Source: an uncultured Oscillospiraceae bacterium
GTDB lineage: Bacteria > Bacillota > Clostridia > Oscillospirales > Acutalibacteraceae
Direction: 5' to 3'
Length of the DNA: 64,000 bases
NCBI GenBank assembly: GCA_948471205.1
Contig: CAOKRT010000001.1
Coordinates: 44,518 to 108,517 of the forward strand
Part shown: positions 29,687-37,841 of the stretch, in pieces
Layout: every line of letters starts with the position of its first letter
Position numbering within the stretch: the stretch's first letter is position 1
Notes under the pieces: generated by a model
Databases searched by the model: none
The model's input: only the letters and a program-made list of their open reading frames with translations
What the model was told of the DNA's origin: nothing
Translations under genes and position numbers: made by a program

Positions 29687-31072
29687 TTATGCCGAAATGC
29701 TTTCTTTTGCGGCTCTTTCTGCTTCAGCCTTGGCAAGTTCTATTTCCTTTAAATTTACCTTGCCTGTTTTCAGCCTGTAAAAACTGTATGCAAATAAAAC
29801 AGCAACCATAATAATAATCAGATACTGGTCACCCGGCTTCATTGTTGTAAACAAAGCTACGCTTATAAGCAAATCGCAGATTACAGCCAAAATCATGGTT
29901 ATAATAAACGCCCATTTAGGCATATGGAAAAAGCTTTGTTTCCATGCCTGCGGATATTTTTTTACCAGTCTGAACATAAGAATATTGTTTATAAGGTTTA
30001 ATATCATAACAGGTATCATCATAAGGGAAATAAGGTCCTGAAGGCCGATATCCACAAACACGGGAACAACCGCTATTATATACATGATAAGCATCATTAC
30101 CCATGGATATCCCTTTTTATTTTTCTTTCCGAGAAATGCAGGAAGCCATCCGTCCTCAATCGTTGCCATCATAGGGTGCTGAACACTTGCAATTGCACCG
30201 TAAAGCGATGTTGCAATTGCAAAGCATGCGCCGCCTATAATAAATACAACAAAAACGGCATACGGGAATATTTGTTTTGCTACAACACCCAGGCTTTTGT
30301 CGGCAACCTGTTCAACCGGCAGTACACCTGCCGATACAATTCCTATCAGGCAGTAAACTGCCATAACGACAACGGAAGCAAGAATAATAGCTTTCGGAAG
30401 GCTTTTTTTAGGATTTTTTGCATCTGCCGTCATCGCAATGGGCATTGTAGCGCCCTGGCATGCAAAGCTCATCATTGCAATTGCCATCACAAATCCGGTT
30501 GCCCCGCCGCCGAAATATCCTTCGGCAAAAGGATTTGCTGTTGAAAAATCTGTTTGCGGTATTCCTACAGCTACATAAACAAGCAGTGACAGTATAAGCA
30601 CAGCTACCATAATCAGATTAAATTTACCCATAAATTTGCCGCCGAAAAAGGTGGTTAAAAAGAACACAGTTATAATTGCGGCAGCAATCCATTTTCCGTA
30701 AGGAAGAATGGCAGGAAAAACCGTTGAGGCATATTCAACAATGGAAAGTGCGTACATGGCAAAGGCAAGTCCTGTAAATATTGTGGATATTGCGGAAACG
30801 CCAATCAGAATAGGCGGCTGCAAAAGCGCCTGCTGGCTGTAATTTCCTCCCGGCAGTACAAACATGCCGGACATCATTGTTTTATAAGCATAGGCAAAAA
30901 GCACAACAATGCAGGCGGCAATAAGTGCAAGCGGAATGGATTTTCCTGTAAAGCCTATGCCGCTTCCCATAGAAACAAATATACCGGAACCTATGCAGTT
31001 TCCTATTCCGTAACACATGAGTTCTGCAACGCCAAGCTTTTTTTTGCCTGCTGTGATGGTTTTGTCTGACAT
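29687..31072 (-). CDS. APC-superfamily amino-acid permease
   Basis: 461 aa, about 12 TM segments. N-terminal LGVAELMCYGIGNCIGSGIF is typical of APC carriers. GAGGAGG Shine-Dalgarno. Starts 19 nt after the upstream stop. Confidence 0.82.
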   Translation of the reverse strand: MSDKTITAGKKKLGVAELMCYGIGNCIGSGIFVSMGSGIGFTGKSIPLALIAACIVVLFAYAYKTMMSGMFVLPGGNYSQQALLQPPILIGVSAISTIFTGLAFAMYALSIVEYASTVFPAILPYGKWIAAAIITVFFLTTFFGGKFMGKFNLIMVAVLILSLLVYVAVGIPQTDFSTANPFAEGYFGGGATGFVMAIAMMSFACQGATMPIAMTADAKNPKKSLPKAIILASVVVMAVYCLIGIVSAGVLPVEQVADKSLGVVAKQIFPYAVFVVFIIGGACFAIATSLYGAIASVQHPMMATIEDGWLPAFLGKKNKKGYPWVMMLIMYIIAVVPVFVDIGLQDLISLMMIPVMILNLINNILMFRLVKKYPQAWKQSFFHMPKWAFIITMILAVICDLLISVALFTTMKPGDQYLIIIMVAVLFAYSFYRLKTGKVNLKEIELAKAEAERAAKESISA

Positions 31073-31091
31073 TTAAAAGTCCTCCTCAATT

Positions 31092-32870
31092 TTATTTTAA
31101 AGCCTTAATCATTTCCTTAATATTCGGAAAATCTGCAACCGTTCTGAAATAATGTGCATATATTATCTGCATATTTCTGTTTACGCCTATAAATGCAGAA
31201 AGCTGCATCTGGCGCGGACCTTCTGTTTTTTCACTGCTGTCCAGCGGAGATACTGCCAGATTGGCAAGCATATCGGAATCAAGCAGTTTTTTGATATCTT
31301 TACCAATCATTTTTTCAAACAATTTGTCGCCTGCAACCATTCCGGCAAGTCCGTCGGCTTCAAAAATGTTGTATCTGTCATAAAGAACGGCTTTTGGATC
31401 GGCTATAAGTTCAAACGGGTATTTGTTTTCAGCCTGTTTCAGTGTTTTTACATCAGACTGCATAACAAATTTCACATCAATTCCCATAAGTTTAAGCGCC
31501 GGATAAGCAGCTTTTACAAGTGCAAGGGTTTTCTGGCATATTTCACATTCATAATACCGTGAAAAAACAATCAGTGTGTTTTTCTGAATCACATTTTTAA
31601 GATTAACATTCAATTTCTTGGGTGAATCATAAACAAACCCTTCCAGTTTATCTCCGATTTTAAGTGTTTTGTGATAGGGCTTTCCGTCTTTGCTCCATTT
31701 TGCTTTTTCAGCACATACAGCATGTCTGAAGCGTTCCATGGCATTTTCAAGCGTAACTCTTGCACAGGCAAGGTTAATTCTTTGAAAACCGCGTCCCTCT
31801 GTGCCGAAAACCTCTCCGTTATCAAGATATAATCCGGCATTTTCAAGCATTATTTTCAATTCACGGTGGGTCATGCCCAATTCGCGCATATCAAGCCACA
31901 GAAGATATGTACCCTCTAATTTGGAAATCTTTATCTCAGGGAAATTTTCAGACATAAAGTTTTCAATATATTCTGCATTTCCGTTTACAACCGTAATAAG
32001 CTCATCAAGCCATTCTTCACATTCATTATAGGCGGCAATACATGCGGTGTAGGCAAATATATTCAGCCCCATCTGCATATTAAGCAGACTGCAGGCAGTT
32101 GCCTTCAGACGTATTTTTGCATTCGGGATAATTATATTTGAGCATTGAAGTCCGGCCAAGTTAAAGGTTTTGCTGGGGGCTGTGCAAACGGCAATATTGT
32201 TTTTTACACGTTCATTTACAGTTGCCATAACGGTATGTTCATAACCGGGCATAATTAAATCGTGGTGTATTTCATCGTCAATGATAAATACATTGTTATT
32301 GCAGCATATGTTTGCCACTTTCAGCAGTTCTTCTTTTGTCCACACTCTGCCCACAGGGTTATGCGGATTACAGAACAGAAGCGCTTTTGCTTCTTTCAGG
32401 GCAGCTTTTTTTGCAAGATCGGCGAAATCTATTTCATATTTTCCGTTATTGTTTATGAGTTTGCTGTAAATAATACGGCGGCTTTTTGCAATAACCGCTA
32501 TGTCAAACGGGTAGTATACAGGTGTCAGAATAATAACGGAATCGCCGGGTTTTGTTACTGCGTCAACAAGTACGGCAAGTGCATCAACAACACCCGGCGT
32601 ATTGATAATCCAGTCTTTTTTTATATTAAAATCATGCCTGCGCTGCATCCAGCCGCAAACGGCATCATAATATTCTTCGGTTGCATTTGTATAACCCAGT
32701 ATTGCCGTATCGGCAAGCTTTTTAATTGCTTCTTTAATAGGCGGCGCAGTATAGAATTCCATATCGGCAACGGAAAGCGGAACATTTTCAACAGAAGCAT
32801 CTTTAACGGCATTCCATTTTTGAGAACCGCAGTCAGATCTGTCGGGAACACTGGTAAAATCGTATTTTAT
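31092..32870 (-). CDS. PatB/MalY-type PLP-dependent C-S lyase fused to a C-terminal CxxC thioredoxin-fold (AhpC/TSA-like) domain; probable ATA start
   Basis: The track ORF (31092-32762) begins inside the conserved VADMEF motif. In frame upstream I read (I)KYDFTSVPDRSDCGSQKWNAVKDASVENVPLSVAD, the canonical PatB N-terminus. It is bounded by TGA (32879-32877) and contains no ATG, GTG or TTG. ATA at 32870-32868 sits 6 nt after GGGGTGA. Aminotransferase class I/II core: NPHNP, APSKTFNLAGL. The C-terminal ~190 aa carry LIVFSRYYECEICQ plus a redoxin-like fold. Confidence 0.75.
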   Translation of the reverse strand: MKYDFTSVPDRSDCGSQKWNAVKDASVENVPLSVADMEFYTAPPIKEAIKKLADTAILGYTNATEEYYDAVCGWMQRRHDFNIKKDWIINTPGVVDALAVLVDAVTKPGDSVIILTPVYYPFDIAVIAKSRRIIYSKLINNNGKYEIDFADLAKKAALKEAKALLFCNPHNPVGRVWTKEELLKVANICCNNNVFIIDDEIHHDLIMPGYEHTVMATVNERVKNNIAVCTAPSKTFNLAGLQCSNIIIPNAKIRLKATACSLLNMQMGLNIFAYTACIAAYNECEEWLDELITVVNGNAEYIENFMSENFPEIKISKLEGTYLLWLDMRELGMTHRELKIMLENAGLYLDNGEVFGTEGRGFQRINLACARVTLENAMERFRHAVCAEKAKWSKDGKPYHKTLKIGDKLEGFVYDSPKKLNVNLKNVIQKNTLIVFSRYYECEICQKTLALVKAAYPALKLMGIDVKFVMQSDVKTLKQAENKYPFELIADPKAVLYDRYNIFEADGLAGMVAGDKLFEKMIGKDIKKLLDSDMLANLAVSPLDSSEKTEGPRQMQLSAFIGVNRNMQIIYAHYFRTVADFPNIKEMIKALK

Positions 32871-32956
32871 AAATAATCACCCCAAATATAAATTTAGGCA
32901 AAGACGAGTGAAAAACGCCTTTGCCGTGCTTTATAGTTTTATACTATCATACGGCA

Positions 32957-32969
32957 TTGACAATGTCAA
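32957..32969. promoter_or_regulatory. 13-bp palindrome supplying back-to-back -35 hexamers (or an operator) in the divergent intergenic region
   Basis: TTGACA-a-TGTCAA. On each strand a TTGACA is followed 17 nt later by a T-A-n-n-A-T hexamer: TAGTAT on the minus strand and TAGGAT on the plus strand. Confidence 0.45.
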
Positions 32970-33020
32970 TAAATTTTGATAGGATTAGTTTATAATTTGT
33001 TCATATTTAAGGAGAAAAGA

Positions 33021-33710
33021 ATGCCTGTTGTTGCAATCCCGCAGATGGGAAATGATTTGTTCAGAAAATATATGAAAAGCAAATATGTTCAAAGCCTGAA
33101 AAGAAGCGGAGCAGATATTGCATGGATAGAGCTTTCGGATATTGAAGCGGCAGTAAAAAATGCATCCGGGTGCGACGCATTGCTTTTGCCGGGCGGAGCA
33201 GATGTGAATCCGGCGTTGTATGGGCAGTCTTTTGATGAAAAATGCGGAAAGCCGAATGTGTTAAGAGATACGGCAGAACCGGAAATACTGAAAGTATTTT
33301 TGGAAATGAAAAAGCCGGTGCTTGCAATATGCAGGGGCTTTCAGCTTCTGAATGTTTATTTCGGCGGAACGCTTATCCAGGATATCCAAGAAAAACAGCA
33401 GTGCAGGCATATGGATTTTTTCTCCCGTTCGGGAAGTATTCACAGTGTAAATTTAGAAAAAAACACACAGCTATATGCTATATTTGAGTCTGAAACGGAA
33501 AAGGTAAACAGCATGCATCATCAGGCTGTTGATAAAGTCGGGGAAAATCTTACTGTTTCAGCAGTAAGTACAGACGGCTATGTTGAAGCGTTGGAACTTT
33601 CGGATTATCCGTTTTGTATTGGCGTACAGTGGCATCCCGAGCATATGAGTAAGAAAAATGCACAACAGCAGAGATTGTTTGATACTTTTGTAAAAAATTG
33701 CAAATCATAA
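33021..33710 (+). CDS. C26-family gamma-glutamyl hydrolase / class-I glutamine amidotransferase-like protein (PuuD-like)
   Basis: Motifs LLLPGGADVNP, AICRGFQLLNV (Cys nucleophile), SMHHQAV and GVQWHPE. I place the start at ATG 33021, after AAGGAG. Confidence 0.8.
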   Translation: MPVVAIPQMGNDLFRKYMKSKYVQSLKRSGADIAWIELSDIEAAVKNASGCDALLLPGGADVNPALYGQSFDEKCGKPNVLRDTAEPEILKVFLEMKKPVLAICRGFQLLNVYFGGTLIQDIQEKQQCRHMDFFSRSGSIHSVNLEKNTQLYAIFESETEKVNSMHHQAVDKVGENLTVSAVSTDGYVEALELSDYPFCIGVQWHPEHMSKKNAQQQRLFDTFVKNCKS

Positions 33711-33735
33711 AACGGCACATAGGTGCCGTTTTTTA
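33711..33735 (+). terminator. intrinsic terminator
   Basis: AACGGCAC (33711-33718) pairs with GTGCCGTT (33723-33730), followed by TTTTT. Confidence 0.8.
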
Positions 33736-33834
33736 TATGTTTTTTTGTAATATAATGTTGAAAAATATTTATTTTGGTTTATAATTGATTTATTGGAAAT
33801 AATTTTAAAGATAATTAAAATTGAGGGTGTTTAA

Positions 33835-34644
33835 ATGGAAAAAAAGAAAATCATACAGATTTGTGCAATAATTGCCGTTGTTGTTATAATTGCCGCAGTT
33901 ATTATTTTTGCAGTTACAGGTGACGGCGGCAAAAATCCGGAATCCGATCAATCTTCTGTTTCCGCAACCGAAAATACTTCTGCGGTTTCAACAGAAAATA
34001 CCACACAGGAAATATCAGATACAACAAAACAATCCACTGCTGTTCATACAACAGAAACAAAGCCGGCGAAAAAGCCTTCTTCGTCAAATGCAAATGTTGA
34101 TATTCTTGTAAATGCCAAAAATCCGATTCCCGATGACTGGAAAGTAGATTTGGTGCAGCTTAAAAACGGACATCAGGTAGACAGAAGAGCATATGATTCA
34201 CTTCAGAAAATGATGGATGATGCACGGGCAAAGGGCTGGAATCCGTTAATTTGTTCTTCTTACAGAACAACCTCTTATCAGCAGCAGCTTTTTGACAATA
34301 GGGTTCAGCGAATGAAAAATCAGGGAATGTCCGAAAGCGAAGCAATAAAGGATACTGAAAAATGGATTGCCATTCCGGGAACAAGCGAGCATGAAACAGG
34401 ACTGGCACTTGATATTGTAACGGTTGAAAATCAAAATCTGGATAACAGCCAGCTCAATTCCGAATGCCAGAAATGGATGATGGAGCATTGTTATGATTAT
34501 GGCTTTATTCTCAGATACCCAAAGGACAAGGTAAAGGTTACGGGAATTGATTTTGAACCGTGGCATTACAGATATGTGGGATATGATATTGCACAGTATA
34601 TAAAACAGCAGGGCATATGCCTTGAAGAATATAAGCAGCAGTAA
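33835..34644 (+). CDS. VanY-like D-alanyl-D-alanine carboxypeptidase (peptidase M15B), membrane-anchored
   Basis: N-terminal TM segment, then a low-complexity S/T linker. Motifs SSYRTTSYQQQLF, GTSEHETGLALD and EPWHYRYVG. Confidence 0.85.
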   Translation: MEKKKIIQICAIIAVVVIIAAVIIFAVTGDGGKNPESDQSSVSATENTSAVSTENTTQEISDTTKQSTAVHTTETKPAKKPSSSNANVDILVNAKNPIPDDWKVDLVQLKNGHQVDRRAYDSLQKMMDDARAKGWNPLICSSYRTTSYQQQLFDNRVQRMKNQGMSESEAIKDTEKWIAIPGTSEHETGLALDIVTVENQNLDNSQLNSECQKWMMEHCYDYGFILRYPKDKVKVTGIDFEPWHYRYVGYDIAQYIKQQGICLEEYKQQ

Positions 34645-34650
34645 AATAAA

Positions 34651-34685
34651 AACGGCAGTTTCATTGGAAACTGCCGTTGCATTTT
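34651..34685. terminator. bidirectional terminator between convergent genes
   Basis: AACGGCAGTTTC (34651-34662) pairs with GAAACTGCCGTT (34667-34678). An A tract lies upstream and a T tract downstream. Confidence 0.8.
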
Positions 34686-34687
34686 TG

Positions 34688-36157
34688 TTATTCAATGATA
34701 ATTCCTTTTTCTTTCCGCTGTTCTTCCAGCTCTTTTGTTATTTTTTTCTTCTTTTCTCCCACAAGGTCATAGAAAAAGATGGGTACAATACATATAAGAA
34801 GTGAAATTCCCGGAATAATTGAAACAAGGCTGAACATGCCTGTTCTTACCGTACTGCTCATTTCAAGCGGATTGGCTGTAACATTGGCATTAATGCTTGC
34901 CACATCAAGCTGAACAATGATATACATTAAAACAATAAAGGATGTTGAAATTGCGTTGCCGAGTTTTGTTACAAAGCTTTGAATGGCGCTTCCCATTCCC
35001 GTAAGGCGTTTGCCTGTTTTCCATTCCATATAATCCAGGCAGTCGCCAACCATTGCAAAAGCGCAGATGTTTATTGCACCGCAGGGTATGCAAGAAAGCA
35101 CAAGAAACGGCACGCATGCCCAGAAATTGTTATAGCCTATAAACCAGATTGCCAAGGATGCCGCAAAGCCAAGAATGGATGTGGCAATAACAATTTGTTT
35201 GTAGTTGAATTTTTTGAAAAGTATCGGCATAACAAGCATGGCACCGAACATTCCGGCGGCTGTTGCAACTGCAAAAACGGTTGAAACAAGGCTTATATTG
35301 GACTGCAGGGCTTTTTCCTGTTCTGCCGGGCTCAGCCCTGTTAAATCCTTTCCTATATAAAAGCTGTATCTTGCAACATGCACCGCACCGGCCTGATACA
35401 TATATCTTGCAGATGACAAAATACCCATTAATGCGGTTAAAATAAGCGGTTTGCAGGAAAAAATCAATTTAAGCGCGCCCGGTTCACCTTTTGTTTTTTT
35501 TGTAGGCGCGGGAATATTAACGCGCTCTTTTGTTTTAAAATAAACTCTCACAAACAAAAGGTTTCCAAGTATTGCACAGATAAGCGCAATTGTTATATAT
35601 TTTGTTTTTTCAAGTTCTGTTCCTGAAAGATGGAATTTGGGAAGAATAAAACCAAGCGCCATAAAGATTGCCATGGGCACTGCAGAGCCAATGCCGTTTG
35701 CAGTTCGTGCATTGCTTATAATGTTTCCGCGCTCATCGGGATTGGGCGTCATTACATTCGGCAGACTCCAGAACGGAACGTCGGACGCAGTATAAATCAT
35801 TCCCCACAGCACATATGTAACAGCGGCATAAAGCATAAGCTGCCAGCCTGAAAGATTTGGTGAAAAGAACAGCAAAACGGTTAATACGGCAATCGGTATC
35901 GGCGTAAATATCAGATACGGGCGCATTTTGCCGTTTTTAAAATGGCTTTTATCTACAATATAACCCATTATCGGGTCATTAACGGCATCCCATATTCTTG
36001 CAAACAGCATTAAAAGCAAAACAAATATCGGTGTAAGTTTCAGAACGCTTAAATAAAAATCAGAGATATATGAACTCATAATGGCATAAACCATTCCCTG
36101 TCCCAGCGCACCTACGGCATATGCCATCCATTCTTTTGTTTTAACATACTTTTCCAT
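34688..36157 (-). CDS. GPH-family sugar:cation symporter (MFS)
   Basis: 489 aa with a DPIMGYIVD...GKMRPY motif and about 12 TM segments. Third GPH paralog in the window. Confidence 0.88.
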   Translation of the reverse strand: MEKYVKTKEWMAYAVGALGQGMVYAIMSSYISDFYLSVLKLTPIFVLLLMLFARIWDAVNDPIMGYIVDKSHFKNGKMRPYLIFTPIPIAVLTVLLFFSPNLSGWQLMLYAAVTYVLWGMIYTASDVPFWSLPNVMTPNPDERGNIISNARTANGIGSAVPMAIFMALGFILPKFHLSGTELEKTKYITIALICAILGNLLFVRVYFKTKERVNIPAPTKKTKGEPGALKLIFSCKPLILTALMGILSSARYMYQAGAVHVARYSFYIGKDLTGLSPAEQEKALQSNISLVSTVFAVATAAGMFGAMLVMPILFKKFNYKQIVIATSILGFAASLAIWFIGYNNFWACVPFLVLSCIPCGAINICAFAMVGDCLDYMEWKTGKRLTGMGSAIQSFVTKLGNAISTSFIVLMYIIVQLDVASINANVTANPLEMSSTVRTGMFSLVSIIPGISLLICIVPIFFYDLVGEKKKKITKELEEQRKEKGIIIE

Positions 36158-36279
36158 AGAATTATTACCCCTTTAATTCTAATTTATTGTTATTTACATT
36201 ATAAAGCATTTTGTAAAATTTATCAATAATGAAATAATATGTGTTTAAAATGCATTATTATTGTAAATTCTAATGCAGG

Positions 36280-37731
36280 GTGACAATATTGAAATCATTG
36301 TGGAGCAAAAACGTTTCGTTTAAACATTATAATTCTCTGTGTAAAAATATAAGCGTAAATACTGTAATTATCGGCGGTGGAATAGCAGGTCTTTTAACTG
36401 CTTATAAATTATCTGAAAAGGGAATAGATGCTGTTGTTATTGAAGCAGACAGAATTTGCAGCGGGCAAACGAAAAATACAACAGCAAAAATTACAAGCCA
36501 GCACGGTGTTATTTACAGTAAAATAATTTCTTTTTACGGCGAAGAAGCGGCAAGGGAGTATGCAAATGCCAGTCAGAAAGCAATATCCGAATATGAAAGA
36601 ATAATAACAGAAAAACAAATTGACTGCCATTTTGAAAGAAAAAATGCTGTTCTTTATTCTGTGGATGATGCCGAATTAATTAAGAAGGAGGCGCAGGCGG
36701 CAAAAAAAGCCGGAATAGACTGTTATATTACAAAGGAAACCGAACTGCCGTTTCCCGTTCAGGCGGCGCTGGTTTTTAAAAATCAGGCGCAGTTTCATCC
36801 GCTTGCATTTTTATCAGCAGTCAGTGAAAATCTGAAAATATATGAAAATACACGTGCACTTAAAGTGGAAAATAATACGGTTTATACAGACAAAGGCAAT
36901 ATAACAGCAGAAAATATTGTTTTTGCCTGCCATTTTCCGTTTGTAAATGTTCCGGGTCTGTATTTTTTAAGAATGAATCAGGAACGAAGCTATGTTGTTT
37001 CTTCAAAATGGAACGGAAAACTCAGCGGAATGTATATTGATGCTGTAAAGGGATTTTCCTTTCGTACCTATGAGGATAATATAATTATCGGTGCGGGTGC
37101 GCACAGGGCAGGAAAAGCCGAAAAAAACAATCCGTTTCTTTTGATTGAGAAGAAAGGAAAAATGATGTTTCCGGATTTTAAGGCAGAAGAGCAATGGTCG
37201 GCACAGGATTGTATTTCATTGGACGGCATACCTTATATAGGACGCTTTATCAGCAACAACCGTAACACTTTTGTCTTGACCGGCTTTAATAAATGGGGAA
37301 TGACAACGGCTATGGCGGGTGCTGATATCATCAGTGATTTAATATGCGGCAGTGATATGTATGAAAAAAATATATTTTCGCCTGCACGGTTCAGTTTGTT
37401 TGCAAGTGCGGGCAACATCTGTGTAAATGCGGCAGAAACGGTGAAGGGGTTTGCGGCGCATTTCAAGAAAACAAATTATTCTGCAAGGGATGTTAAGGAA
37501 GATACAGCCGAAATAATAAATTATAAAGGTAAAAAGGCAGGTGCCTACAGATGTAAAGGTGGCAAACTTTACATTATTTCGTTAAAATGCCCCCATTTAA
37601 AATGTTGTCTGCAGTGGAATAACAGCACAAAAACGTGGGATTGTCCGTGCCACGGTTCAAGATATGATTATAAGGGAAACCTTATTGATAATCCATCGCA
37701 GGAAAATTCAATACTGATAGCTGAAATTTAG
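36280..37731 (+). CDS. FAD-dependent oxidoreductase with C-terminal Rieske [2Fe-2S] domain (YhfW-like architecture)
   Basis: N-terminal dinucleotide fold VIIGGGIAGL. C-terminal CPHLKC...(17 aa)...CPCHGSRYD Rieske motif. The start codon is uncertain; the track uses GTG 36280. Confidence 0.78.
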   Translation: MTILKSLWSKNVSFKHYNSLCKNISVNTVIIGGGIAGLLTAYKLSEKGIDAVVIEADRICSGQTKNTTAKITSQHGVIYSKIISFYGEEAAREYANASQKAISEYERIITEKQIDCHFERKNAVLYSVDDAELIKKEAQAAKKAGIDCYITKETELPFPVQAALVFKNQAQFHPLAFLSAVSENLKIYENTRALKVENNTVYTDKGNITAENIVFACHFPFVNVPGLYFLRMNQERSYVVSSKWNGKLSGMYIDAVKGFSFRTYEDNIIIGAGAHRAGKAEKNNPFLLIEKKGKMMFPDFKAEEQWSAQDCISLDGIPYIGRFISNNRNTFVLTGFNKWGMTTAMAGADIISDLICGSDMYEKNIFSPARFSLFASAGNICVNAAETVKGFAAHFKKTNYSARDVKEDTAEIINYKGKKAGAYRCKGGKLYIISLKCPHLKCCLQWNNSTKTWDCPCHGSRYDYKGNLIDNPSQENSILIAEI

Positions 37732-37841
37732 TTGTTAAGCGGCAGTTATTATTGTATAATTATATAAGACAGAATAATAAAAAGATATTTTCGGACAAAT
37801 TTTCATTATTTGGCTATATAAAATATATAAGGCGGTAACTG

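Noticed and set aside
32262-32876. 204-aa plus-strand ORF
   Set aside because: It is antisense to the C-S lyase gene, whose translation carries clear family motifs. It is a shadow ORF.
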